Assembly (NCBI RefSeq): GCF_006345805.1
Contig: NC_043000.1
Location: 65,968,001 to 66,032,000 of the forward strand
Length of the DNA stretch: 64,000 nt
Direction of reading: 5' to 3'
DNA from: Octopus sinensis
Lineage: Eukaryota
Positions 51,380 through 64,000 of the stretch are shown one piece after another (position 1 is the first letter of the stretch; each line of letters opens with the position of its first letter). Position numbers and translations under genes: made by a program. The notes under the pieces were generated by a model. It saw only the letters and a program-made list of their open reading frames with translations, was not told the origin of the DNA and did not search any database.

Positions 51380-52140
51380 TGTGCTATAAAAAGCGTACTT
51401 CCCTAGCACATGGTTCTAGGTTCATTCCTCAGAAAGAGAGAGATAGCCATTCGTTATAATCACAGGTAACATAATGAAGATGTTGGTATAGAAATTATTA
51501 GGCTTCAAACATTATTTTAAATCAAACCTCCACATATTGTTACCGAAACTTTCAAGTAAACTGCTACACAACTACTGCATTCCTTACAGAGTTAAAAAAA
51601 TTAAAATGCCATTAACAACGGAGATGTGATATGTGTGTGTAAATGTATAATACATACACATGTCCAAGTGGTTAAGTAGTTCACTTTGCAATTGTGAGAT
51701 TTTGGGTTAAGTCATGATGTGTGGCATCTTAAGCAAGTGTATCTTGATGTAACCCTGGGCCGACTTGTGCCTTACAAATGAAATTGCATAATCAAAACTT
51801 GTTTGGGAGCGCTCCAGATTGACTGCAACCATAATTCAAAGCACACATATCTATGGAATATTCAGCCACTCTGCTGCTAATTCAGTGAATGTTCTATGCC
51901 ATTCATAGGCCAGTTCTTTCACTTGTCATTGACCCAAAAGGAGATCCTTTATATATATATATATATGTAAAGTTTACAATTACACTTATTTACTGTTGGT
52001 TATTACTGTTCAGTCCCAACATCCAAATGTGACCCAGCAGACTCTTTTAATTAAAGGATTCCAACCATGATCGTCTCTTCTATTACTTAGCCATAATATA
52101 TCTAGAATTATATTATCTAATACGTCTTTTGTGTATTTAA

Positions 52141-52361
52141 CTCTTTATCATTTAAATTGGCTGTAATCCAGCCCAAATAGTCTGCCTCTTTTTTGTTCAA
52201 ACTGGCCAGATCTGGCCTCTTGTATCTAGTCTACAATGTAATTCTAAAAATAACAATCATATCATTGAAATTCTGAAGCATTTGAGATAGTGAGTGATTA
52301 GTTCAAACTAATGTGAATAAATAAGCATTGCATTTGACAAAATAACCTGATTGCTAAAGGG
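52141..52361. mobile_element. piggyBac-type MITE
   Basis: TTAA|CTCTTTA...TAAAGGG|TTAA; same family as 56885 and 63650. Confidence 0.75.
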
Positions 52362-55300
52362 TTAAGACAGAAGAAAATTAGGTTACTATTTCTAGCAGGT
52401 CTAGATCAGACATGGGTAATCTTTTTACATAAGGTTCATCAGGCAAGCCACACTACTAAAAAAATTTCTTGGGAATTTTTCATTGTCATACCCATTCAGT
52501 AAGCCCTACATAACTAGTGCAAAGGCTCTCTCATTAGTTCTTTGGGTACGTAAATGCTGTTATTGCATTCTGTATACCTGTCCCCCATTACACACATACC
52601 TGAGCCTTTTTTGTAGTTAACCAGCTATAAATGAGGGCATCAATTGAATTTGGAGGTTTTAAAAGATGAATGCAAATCAAGGGACTGGCATTTACAGTAG
52701 TGCTTTTTGAAAAAAAAATAATAATTATAAATTTGGTGAGGTTTAGTAAAATAGCTAATTTCTGCATAATTCAGCTGAAAAACCTTCTTACATAAAATCA
52801 CATTGAAGTTTTAACTTAGATGTGAACACATTAAAATAAGTGATTCTGTGTTATAGAAATCAAGAGATCTCAGGTGGTTTTGATATCAAAGGGTTCGATA
52901 GATACATGAAAATTTAACCACCATCATCATATCCACTCACAAGATCTTAGTTGGCCTGGGGCTACAGTAGAAGACATTTGCCCTAGGTTCCACAGAGTGG
53001 GACTTTGTGGCACCTGGGGCAACTGTTTAAAATTTACAATGGGGAAAATTAGATTTGACCTTAGAAAGATTAATAGTCATGAAGTGACCCAAGATGAAAA
53101 AAAAATGGAGGTTTGAAATATAAATACACAATTGCAGATGTGAAACCAATTATCATAATCTCAATGAAATAAATACTGAAGAATTAGTTCTATTGAGGAA
53201 TAACATATGAACAGGAAGCAATAAGATATAAAGTAGAAATTCTGAAAACCCTCCCCTCAAATTGAATTAGAATAAATGCATGTGCAAAGATATACCTGAA
53301 ATGCTCTATTTGTATTTCATTAAGAGAAACAGCCAAGGACTTGTCCATTAATGATTTTGTTGACATAAATAGGAAAATAACTGTAGATTAAATCATTAAT
53401 GATATATATCAAAAACTTTTCTTGCAAGCTGCTTGGCAGTCTCACTGGTGATGATGGCACGTAAAACACCCAGTACACTCGGTAAAATAAGGCTGAGCAA
53501 CCAGCCATAGAAACCATGCTAGAAGTGAGAACCCAACACAGTTCCCTGACCTTTCAGATCCTGTCAAATCGGAATGGAATATAGACACAAAATGAGGATG
53601 ATGTCAGTGTATAATTATGTTGCTATCCAAATCATGAGTAATACCTTGATTGTACTTATATCTTCATTTGATCATTAAAGCTTTGATTTAATTGTAGAAT
53701 TCAATGGAAAACTTTAAGCAAAACCAATGACAATCAGAATTGAAGTAGACTCCTTGAATTTTACAGTATGAAGTGATGATTATTGATCTTTTAATACAAA
53801 TTGTTTTAGATACCTTACTATTGGTTTATCATATAGAGTGTATTGAAATGATAATTAAAACAGCTGTGTCTTAGAATACTAAGTATAGTTAAATACTGGT
53901 GAGTACAATTAGTGTAAAAATTATTGAGATAATTGTTCACAAGTATGGCTGTGTTGTAAAGCAGTTCATTTTCAAACCTTATGGTTCTGGATTCATTTTC
54001 TGTGTGTACTTTAGGCAAGTATTTTCTACTATAATGCTGGTTTAACCAATACCTTGTGTGTGGAATTTGGTAGACAAAAACTGCAGAATCTCATATGTGT
54101 ATCTGTTTCTTGACTGTGTTTGTTTATATTGGTTTTAAAACAAGCAGTCTATGTTACCACTTTATGTCCCTTAATGATTTGACAAGCAGAAGTTAATAAA
54201 ATAAGCACCAGACTGAGGTATATATAGATATTGAAGTCAGTGTTCCAATGTGGCTATGACTGAAACCAGCAAAAGATATTGTGAGGAATTGAAATTTGGA
54301 TTGCTGAATCCTCATATTAACAAGACTTCAAAGCAGAATGTTTCACTTGTCAAATAAGTATATTTAGACACACTTCAATTATGGCAGCTGTATTATATTG
54401 AAATCTGAGTTCTCAGTAAATGATACATGTTTTAATTTGTGTTTGTGGTTGTTAGTTTCTGTTGTGAGTCTTTTCATATAATGAAAACTTTCAAGCATGA
54501 CAATTTCATTTTCACATCATGTACTACTATTGACTTTCTTTTACTGTTATTTTCTTTCACTTTCAATCGGAACTGTTATTCTGTTCTGAGTTTTATTTAA
54601 GAGTTTTGATTTTTCCCTCTTTCCAATTGCTCTTTTCACCTAAGTTTGCCTTAATTGACAAGCCTAAAATACATATAACTCTAGTGGAACCAGTTGGTAG
54701 CTTGGATAGAAAACCCTGTACATAGTGTCTGTATCATCTAAAATCAACTTTGTCTTCCATCCCAGTAGAGATAAATGTACCAGTTGATAGCATCAACTCA
54801 CACTTTCTCCTCAAAATTGCTAGTCTTGTGCCAAAATTAGAATTATCATCATCATCATCACTGTCATTGTACCATTGCAAGCAAATAGATTGTTAATTCC
54901 CTTCCATCATTTGGGCATATTGAGTGAAAAACCTTTTTTCTATTGAATTATGAAGACATTTGATACTTCTCATCAATAATGGATGTAAGATATTGAAAAG
55001 GAATCTCACACTTGTATTACTTTTAAATGTTCTTTCACATATAAATAAGAACTTTCACACAAATTTATGCAGTTAATGAAGTGAGATCTATTTGCTGCAC
55101 AGCAAATACTATATTTACTGAAACAGAAATTAAACTTGACCCTAGTTTTTCATGGGCAACAGATCAACAATGTTGGTCAAGGGATTATCCTATGTCTAAA
55201 TGTTATGGTAAAAAATGAATTTTCTCTCTGTGTTTTTGATATACATTTCACAAAGATATTGGGTTATGGATCTCTTTGGTCCATTATCAAAAAGGTGTTG

Positions 55301-56884
55301 CAATTACTGTGGTGTATAATTAGGGGGATACAAAATATAGCATTTCTTACATAAACTAGACCATATGCATTTACCTGTACTTGTTGCTTCATCAGCCTAC
55401 ATTTCATACATGTACGTATAATTGTGAAGCAGTGTACCAGTGTTGTCAGTTAAGTTACAAAAGGTAACAATTACTGGTCCCTGTTTCTAACACTCTAATG
55501 GAAATGCTGTATAAAAGTCAAGTCAAAATTTGTTCACAGTTTCACTTGGTAGGGCAGCTGATATTAGTTCCTGTACAACACTCCTGGAATACAGTCTGTC
55601 ATTTTGTGAAAAAAAGACCTCCTAGGAGAAACATCAATTGTACAGCAATATAAGCAACAAGAGAATTTGGTGTTTAGATGAATTTGTGAGAGACTAAAGA
55701 AATTTGTCAGACTTTAGATAATATGATCAACAATCTCTGAGAATAGAAGTTCAACCTTACAATTTCAGATGAAAGTTGTTGAGAAGGTACTTGGAAAACA
55801 TTAAGATGAAAAAAATATGTACCTCATGGAGCCTCTGAACTATATGCATAAGTAATCAGAAAAGGGTAGAATTTTAGATTTTAGGGCAAATTTTAGCAGG
55901 GCACAGAGCTTATGAGGTAAGATGGCACAAAAGTTGTCTGCTGATCCAAATAGTATGTTACTTCTATTTCCTTAATTTGCTATCAGAAATCAGAAGGAAA
56001 GTTAGAGATAATCATACAGAGAAAAAGGGGATGAAACCTGTTAATCTTGACATACAAAGAGATGATCTGCAAACTAAATAGGAAATATTACTGATGAAAA
56101 CTATTGAGCATGAGAAAATAAGATTTCCTGTAGTTCCTTCATTTGTAGCAAATGGTACTGATGGAAAACACAAAAAAGTAGTCAGATGGTTATTTTTCAG
56201 AGAAAACTATTCCAAAAAGAATTGTATGTAATCAACCACAAGACTCAATGGATGAACATGGATTGAAGAAGTTTGGCATTTACAACTTGGACTATGAAAG
56301 GAAGGAGAAGGTTTGTTCACCTGAAATAAGTTTAGATCACATGTAGTGAAGAGTATTTCTGTTAAAGTCTGACTGCAAAATACTTACATAGGGGCAACAC
56401 TTAGTAGACTTGTGAGTATTTTACAACAGTTTACTGTTGATGTAAATAAACCATTTGAGGACATGGTGAAAACAAAATTAAGTAACTGGATTCATGATGA
56501 AGGGTAAAATCCTACATGGAAAGGAGGCACTATGCACATTCCATCACTATCTTTAATCTATGAAAGGAAATTATAAGTTGACATTATTATAAAATCTTTC
56601 AAGAAAGAGAATTTTGAATGCATTTGATGGGACAGAAGATAAATACACATGAGATGATGATGAAAGTCCTAGCATTGATACCACTCTCCGTGATGATTAT
56701 AACTTATTCTGAGCTGAAGATGATGAACAATGTGATTTTGGAGGATTTTAATGAACTTATCTATTTGAAATCTTTATGGTTTGCAATTAATTTGTTATTT
56801 AAGCTCAAATTGAATTTCTACTTCAGTTCTGTATGTATAAATTATCGTTATTAATCATTTTCATTTTAATATTTATAACCTTAA

Positions 56885-57092
56885 TCCTTTTCGCATGTAA
56901 ACTGGCCATATCCAGCTAAAATATTCTACCTGTTTTATGTTCAAACTAGCCATATCTGGCCTCTCACACCAACCTTACAATATCATTCTAAAAGTTAAGA
57001 GTTACCTCATCAGAATCTCAAAACATGATTAATTCAAAACAATGTGAATAAATAAGCATTACTTTTGACAGAATGATGTGAATGCTAAAGGG
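56885..57092. mobile_element. piggyBac-type MITE
   Basis: TTAA|TCCTTT...GAATGCTAAAGGG|TTAA. Confidence 0.78.
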
Positions 57093-57100
57093 TTAAACTA

Positions 57101-58293
57101 TCAGGCTGAGTAGAAAGTAAGCAATGTTTTGAAGCATGAAATTCATCACAATATATTTCAACGATGTGGAAATTTTATTCATCAAAATAAGCACCATTAC
57201 AATCAACATATTTTTGCCAATGAGTTACAAGTTTGTTTATTCCAGTAACATAAAAATCTGGAGTTCTCGAACTGAAGAACTCTTAGAACACACTTTCAGC
57301 GTCAATTTGATTTCTGAACTCCTTCTCTCACAGGGAACCATCAAAGTGCTTGGAAAAGTGATAGTCAGTAAGAGAAAGGTCTGAGGAATAAGCTGGGTGG
57401 GGAAGAACTTCATAGCCAAGTTCCCTCAATTTCTTGAGTATCATTAGTGAAACATGATCGAGAATGATTGGCCCTCTTCTGTTGACCAGTCTGGGGTGGA
57501 GGAGTAGCAGTTTTTCATTCATTTTGGCAATTTTATGGCAATATGTTTCTTCAGTAATGGTTTTTTTGAGTTTTAAGAAGTTATAGTGGATGAGTCCAGC
57601 AGTACACCATCAAACCATTGCAAAGAATGTTTTTTTATTGTACAGAATCCATTTTTCATTGCAAGCTACAATATGATCGAGAAATGGATCAATCTGATTA
57701 CAGAGAAGTAACGAGCAAATTGCATATCTGCACATTTTCTGATTTTCATTCAAATTGTGTGGTACCCATTTGTCGAGCGCTTTTGATTTTCCAATCACAT
57801 GCAAATAGTTGCAGGCAGTTTTTTTTAGCTAACTTGAAGTTCTTTTGCCAGTTCTCATGGTTTTATGAGGATCTTTCTCAATGATGGTCTTTGATTGTCA
57901 TCAATGACAGATGGGTATCCACTATGCTCATGATCTTCAAGGCTCAGATCTCCACTGTGAAATAGTTTAAACAATTTTCTAACTGACCATTCACTGGTCA
58001 ATTCCCCACCAAACATTTCATTGATATCACAAGCAGTTTCAACTGCTTTACATCCCTTTTTGAAGTTGAATTGCAAAATTGCTTGAATATCACACTTTGA
58101 TAGTTCCATTTCAGATGATTGTATTAACAGTGAAAAAAATATCAATGTTAATTTATTGATGCATTTGAGCAAGTCTGTGTCTGTATTATCAGACAATTGC
58201 AAAAGAAATGTTTTTAAAAAATTCAAAATTCTGCAAAAATCCAATACAAATTCTTCATGGTTGAAAACATTGCTTACTTTTTACTCAACCTGA
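57101..58293 (-). mobile_element. Full-length but degenerate mariner (cecropia/Hsmar1-like)
   Basis: 40-bp TIRs (36/40 match), TA on both sides; transposase 58109->57175 with WVPHNL, CNEKWILY, HPAYSSDLSLTDYH motifs; many disruptions. Confidence 0.93.
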
Positions 58294-59060
58294 TAGATTG
58301 AATTACCTAATTAGAAATTTAAAAAATTGTGTGATGAATGTGATTATTATGAAGGTTAAGAAACAATAGTAGATGCCTGTAAGTATTGATAAGAGCTACA
58401 GGGCTATTTTAACTTGGCGGAATGTGTGTTGGTGCATATACTGAATAATTGGTAGTACTTTTTGGGGGTGGGGGTGTCTTTTGTTTCTCTTCCTCATTTA
58501 CTTAAGAGGACATTAGGAGCTCTGCTGCTAACTGATATTATACCTTAAATTGTACTTTGAATGTCAGCTCCTCATAAGTAATATCCATCTAATAGTTGAA
58601 ATTTAGCCTGGAAATTCTGGTCTGAAAATTTTGAATAAACGATACCAAGAAGTTTGACATAGGTAAAAAAAGTCATATTCATCTTAGCAATGTTGTCAGC
58701 TCTAAACTGGAGGCTATTTCTAGGAAGTTTATTTCATTTATCTTTTCATATTCTTTTTTTATATTTCTGTACTAGTTTGAGCCTCTTATCCATGCACATG
58801 TTTGGAAATTAGTATCTTATAAATTTAAGAGTTTTAGATGTTTATAATTCTTTGATATAATATAATTTTCAATTTACTTTGTTTTTGTTTGAGGGCATAT
58901 TGGTAGTGGGAGACCTGAAACAGTAACTGGAGGTGGAGTGAATGACAATCAGAGACATTAAATATAGCTAAGAGAAAGTGAAAACTTCCAGTTTCCAAGA
59001 AAACAATTCTTTCAAAGAGCAAAAGATCACCAAGTATATTTAATCTCTCACACACAATAC

Positions 59061-59095
<35 letters not shown>

Positions 59096-59232
59096 TACTA
59101 TTGCATTAGAAAATTAAATAATTTATAAACACAATTTCTTGCAAAAATCCAGGTCTAACACAAGGGAAGTAACAAGGTATTCTTATTAGTTACCTCCCAT
59201 GATCTGTGTATTTATTTTGAAATCCTGTTCAG

Positions 59233-59259
59233 TCTCATGTATTCTCATCCAAAGTGGAG
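59233..59259 (+). other. Candidate 27-nt micro-exon
   Basis: CCTGTTCAG| acceptor and GAG|GTGAGT donor. Confidence 0.3.
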
Positions 59260-60301
59260 GTGAGTACCAACACTTCCGTGCGGTATACCTGAATGATTGT
59301 GAAGATCTCTTGGTTACAGTGTTGAGCGCCCATTCTCACTGTTAGATATTTGTATAAATGTGTGTATCTGTGTCTCCTTGATATCATGCAACAGTTGTTA
59401 ATGAGCATTACTCATGCAATATTGTTAATTTTCAATCCTCCATAAAAACATGTCTGGACATGAGAAATATTACCTTGCTTGGAAATAGAAGAGAGTTGAC
59501 TGCATAGGCATTGGTCATAGAAAATTTGCCTAAACAAATTCCAACTGACCAATGCAAGTAGGGAAATATGGACATCAAAATGATTGTACATATAATTAAA
59601 TGCCATGTTCCATGTTGGCATGGGTTGAACAGGTTGATAGGATCTGATTGATCCGAGGTCTGCATCATGCTCCAGTGTCCACTCCAACATAATTTCTATG
59701 GCTGGATGCCCTTCTTAATGCCAACCACTTTAGAGTTTGTACGGGGTGCTTTTTTCATGCCACCAGCACTGTTGGAATTGCCTAGTTACCCACATAACTA
59801 TGAATTCCAAGGGAGAAAGGGTCAGAACTTGTAAATTTTAATGACTGGTATGCTCATTTAAATCATAATCTTCATTTAGTTGATAAAAAATTTTCATAAA
59901 GTGATTATGTATTTAAAAATAATCAAATTATTTTCCAATTAGCAATTTCATTGTTTTGCTTTTTTATTTTTCATTTGAAGCTTGGTTAATTCATTTGCAT
60001 TTGTTGTTTTTACATCTCTCCTAAAACTACAGCCTATGATCAAGTCATTCCATCTACAACAATTTGGTGTTCTTTTTGTACTCAGTGTTTCTAAGACAAC
60101 TACATTGTGCAATATGACCCTCTTCTTTTATTATAACAATATGATATGAGGGAGAGTTAACTGTTATTTATACCAAGTCAGATTAATCACATAGATATTT
60201 CTTCCTTATTACTTCAGTGACAAATTTGTTTCATCTCCATAGATGACCAATTCTTCTTCTATATTTTAATGAAATTAAAAAATAAACACCCGAGTTGAAT
60301 A

Positions 60302-60680
60302 TCTTTTACTTGTTTCAGTCATTAGACTGCAACTCTGCTGGAGCACAATCTTGAAGAACTTTAGTCAAATGAATCAACCCCAATACTTTTTATTTTTGTA
60401 AAGCCTGGTACTTATCAGTTTCTTTTTGCCAAACTGCTAAGTTACAGGGACGTAAACATACCAACAAGTGGTGGTGAGAGACAAATACATACACAAAGAC
60501 ACAAACACACACACACACAACCGACTTCTTTCAGTTTCTGTCTACCAAATCCACTTACAAAGTTTTGGTTGGTGCAAGGCTATTGTTGAAGAGACTTGTA
60601 CAAGGTGTCATGCAGTGGGACTGAACCCCAAACCATATGGCTGGAAAGTAAACTTCTCACCATGCAACCACACCTGCACC
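60302..60680 (-). mobile_element. CORE-like tRNA SINE, CpG-decayed
   Basis: Same family as 19697; most CpG positions converted to TpG/CpA. Confidence 0.8.
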
Positions 60681-63649
60681 TGTATCGATAGGTTTCACTC
60701 TGTATATTTTCAGTCATTTTCCAAATGTCATATTTTTTACATTTGTTTTATTGAAGTGACAATAGATTCATCATCATCATTTAACATGCACTTTTCCATG
60801 GATCGCTTGTATGAAGATGCTACTCATTTACAACTGTCCTGTGATGTCTAGACAAGGGTGAACACACACACATATATTCATACATATGTATGTATATATA
60901 CACACAGTAGGTTGTTTTCAGTTTTCATCTATCAAATCCTCATGTTCTTTCGTTGATCCTGGCCTATTGTAGAAGACACTTGCCTAAGATTCCACACAGT
61001 GGAACTGAACCCAAGATCATATGGTTAGGAAGCAAGCATCTTAACCATGCAGCCTTGCCTGTGTCTATTAGCAAAATGCATCAGGCTAAAAGCTTTTCAG
61101 TATTTAGTTTTATATCATTGAATTCTTAGTTTGAACTCAGATGGTACTGATTTTGTTTTTCATCTGAGTGTGATAAAATAACACCAGTCATGCTCTAGAG
61201 TTTGTATTTGTTGGTTGTTTGTAAATACTGTGGTGTATATCTTCTGAGACTATTCTGTTACTTGTTTGCAAATGCTTCATCAGCACAGTAGTTTTTATTA
61301 GATACAAGAATCTAGGGATATGTTTTGGGTTTGTTTTTAGCAATCACAGGTTTGTTGGTACTGAAAATTTAGATAGTGGTCTTTTAATTTTTACTTTACT
61401 GAAATTATAATGCTTGTCTCAGTTCATTGCAATAATAATAGTATATGGAAGAGATGTTGAGATAGCATTTCTTTCTCTCTGAATAGCATGGAGTTGACTT
61501 GTTCCAGTAGAGCCAAGTCCTCCTTCTGATACTGTTAGAGAATGAAGGTGTGTTCTCAGCATCTCTAAGCCAAAATGAGTTTTAATGGTACTACTTTTAG
61601 AGCTTTGTTCTGAAAATTAACAATTATTAATAAAAATGGCAAATCTATTGTTGTACTTTCCAACTGTTCTTATTAGAAATTAAGTTTTACATAATGGTAA
61701 CTTTTCTGCATTATACTGTCAAATGGTATGTTTTATGAGATTTGTGTCTCTGTGTAGCTTTTGAAAACAGTTATTACTCTGTAATTAACTGAATTGCAAA
61801 TAATAGTAAACTAAAGTGAACAACTGTTCATTCTACCTACCCTGGCTTCAGAAACATAAACCACAATTGTTGTTATTGAGTTGATCCAGGGTAGCCAATC
61901 CAGCATGCTTGATGTTTTATGCTTCCCTCATTTTACTAAGCAACAGCTGGTTTTGCTAAGTTTTTTTGTAAATGTTATAGCCACTTCACTGTGTGACTTT
62001 TCATTTTGTATGTCCATAGGCTTTGACAGGTCTGTAGTATTTCTTAATTCTTTAGTATTTTTATTTTATTTTTTTATTTTATATTACAAACGCTACAATA
62101 TAATTTACTGTTTATACTACTGTACCCAAACAAATACTTCAGCTTTATTTATGTTTCAATAAAGTTTCGAAGAACATCAACAAATTAAACTTATTGAACC
62201 AATTAACTAGACTTTAAATTCACTTGTGTATACAGCATTAGTTTCTTTCTTTCTGGTGAAGGGTAAAAGTTTACATAAAGAGTATTTGTTTAGATATTGA
62301 AAGTGAATCTGTAAGTCAATAAAAAGTGAAAACCAACTAGAAATTAAATCCATTTCTTTTTTGTAGTTGTCATGATATAGTTTATCACTACTTTTCAGTT
62401 CTGATAATATTCACTTTAACATTAATATATTTGCTGTTGCAGCAAAAGCTTCAAACTCTTCCTTATCATTTGTTTCAATGAAAGTAAATATTCTTAACTA
62501 ATTCAGTCGACTTACTTTTTGGGAACCATATCTAGTTTTCTTCTTATGACCTATAATCTCAACACTAAAATGAATTTTGAAAAATGTGAGCCCAAAGGAA
62601 GTTATAAGCCATCTGTTAGTAACTAAACTGGTGTCAACTACAGTTATACGGTGGGGGTTCTCACTTCATCAAATTTTTTATATATATATAAATTTTGTTC
62701 ATACAATATAAAATGTAGACATTGTAAATAATCATACAAGTACAGAAATTAAAAATGTGCTAATTAGATTATTATGATCACCAATATAAAGGGCCAAATG
62801 ATTTTTTTCTTTTGTTGGTTTCTTGCTGTTGTACTACAGGAATGTGGAAGGAGAAAGAGTGGTCAGAGTAATGGACTGAGAATGGGAAAGTCAATGGTCA
62901 TTACACACACACACACACCTAATGTAGAATTAAACAATATAAAGAAAGGGAAAGAGTAGTAAGAAAAGTTGTGCCAGTAAATTGAGGGGCAAAACATTCT
63001 GAATAGAATAAAATAAAGGCAGAGAAGATGTGTAAAAAGATTGGTCAGATAAAAGAAGACAAGGATAAGGGTGGGTTAAATGGTCATTATAGTAGAGAAG
63101 TTAGAGGGAAAATAGTAATAGATGAAGAGAGATATAAACATAGTAATTAATGGCTGTGTTGACAAGCAGTCAATCTGCTGACATGCACATCCAAGCAAGC
63201 AGATGCTATATTTTCATTAAGTTGATGATAATGAAAATTTGCATTTGCAGCTCTGAGAGTAGATCCAAAAATTGGGGCTATGCAATTTAAGGAAAACTTA
63301 TGGAAATTGGCATCTTCATAAAGAATGTATCCAAAAAATTATTGCATTTACTAATTTTACATTTCCCCACCCCCAAAATCCCATACTGTATGTGGCCTAC
63401 TCTCTGTAAACCCTCAGTCTCCAGATGTAATATAACTGCCAGTCCTACATGTAAATATTGCCATCAGCAAGGTTCTTGGTTAATATAGTAAATTCCTTAT
63501 TCACTCAAGTTTGGACAAAATAGCCACAAACTTCCCAATGTCTGTTGAGATAGTTGAATACAGTTTACATAGACTCTACTGGAGTGTTATCCAAGCTTGG
63601 ACTCATCATCTGAAGATGGGTAGTAAATGCAGAAAACAGAAACCTTTAA

Positions 63650-63815
63650 CCCTTCAGCATTCAAACTGGCCAAATCTGGATTCTCACTTATATCTAACAA
63701 TGTTATTCAAAACTTAAGCAATCACATCATTGAAAGCTCAAAGCTTCATGATTAATTCAAATCAATGTGAATGAATATGTATTATGTTTGACAGAGTAAT
63801 CTGAATGCTAAAGGG
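63650..63815. mobile_element. piggyBac-type MITE
   Basis: TTAA|CCCTTCAGCATTCA...TGAATGCTAAAGGG|TTAG. Confidence 0.78.
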
Positions 63816-64000
63816 TTAGGTATCTTAACTGAAATTTGTCTTTGTTCTGAACCTTGTGAAATTAGTTTCATATGTGAACTGGTTGGTTTAGAAATATCCT
63901 CATTGGACAAACCAAAGACATTATGCATTAAATTTCAAACAATGTTAGAATAAGAATGCAGCTTTGCTTAGTAACATTACAGAAACAATTTTAGTTGTAG

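Noticed and set aside
62840-62900. Good acceptor (polypyrimidine...CTACAG|) as the next exon of the candidate gene
   Set aside because: The continuing frame hits a stop after ~12 codons and no convincing donor follows

Overview
AT-rich, microsatellite-dense animal genomic DNA; the SINE families suggest an octopus-like cephalopod (inference). It is almost entirely transposable elements. Main contents: a very young full-length CsRN1-type Gypsy LTR retrotransposon (4178-9224, minus strand, 4-bp TSD, tRNA-Trp PBS) nested in a SINE; three Penelope-like (RT + GIY-YIG, Neptune-like) elements plus solo terminal repeats; R4/Dong-type RLE LINE fragments; a Helitron; hAT, mariner, Tc1 and piggyBac remnants; and many tRNA-SINEs. 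The most interesting signal is a set of at least 8 minimal type-I hammerhead ribozyme motifs in Penelope terminal repeats. They fall into three families with family-specific non-canonical cores (U3:A8 covariation with a U-U at the base of stem II; A6U; U4C), self-complementary stem III, and a conserved downstream motif complementary to stem II. No host protein-coding gene is recognisable. However, a candidate promoter and small exons at ~46.4-46.9 kb, followed by a strongly CpG-depleted domain (from ~51.4 kb), suggest the 5' end and intron of a methylated plus-strand gene. All calls were made by eye, with no database searches.
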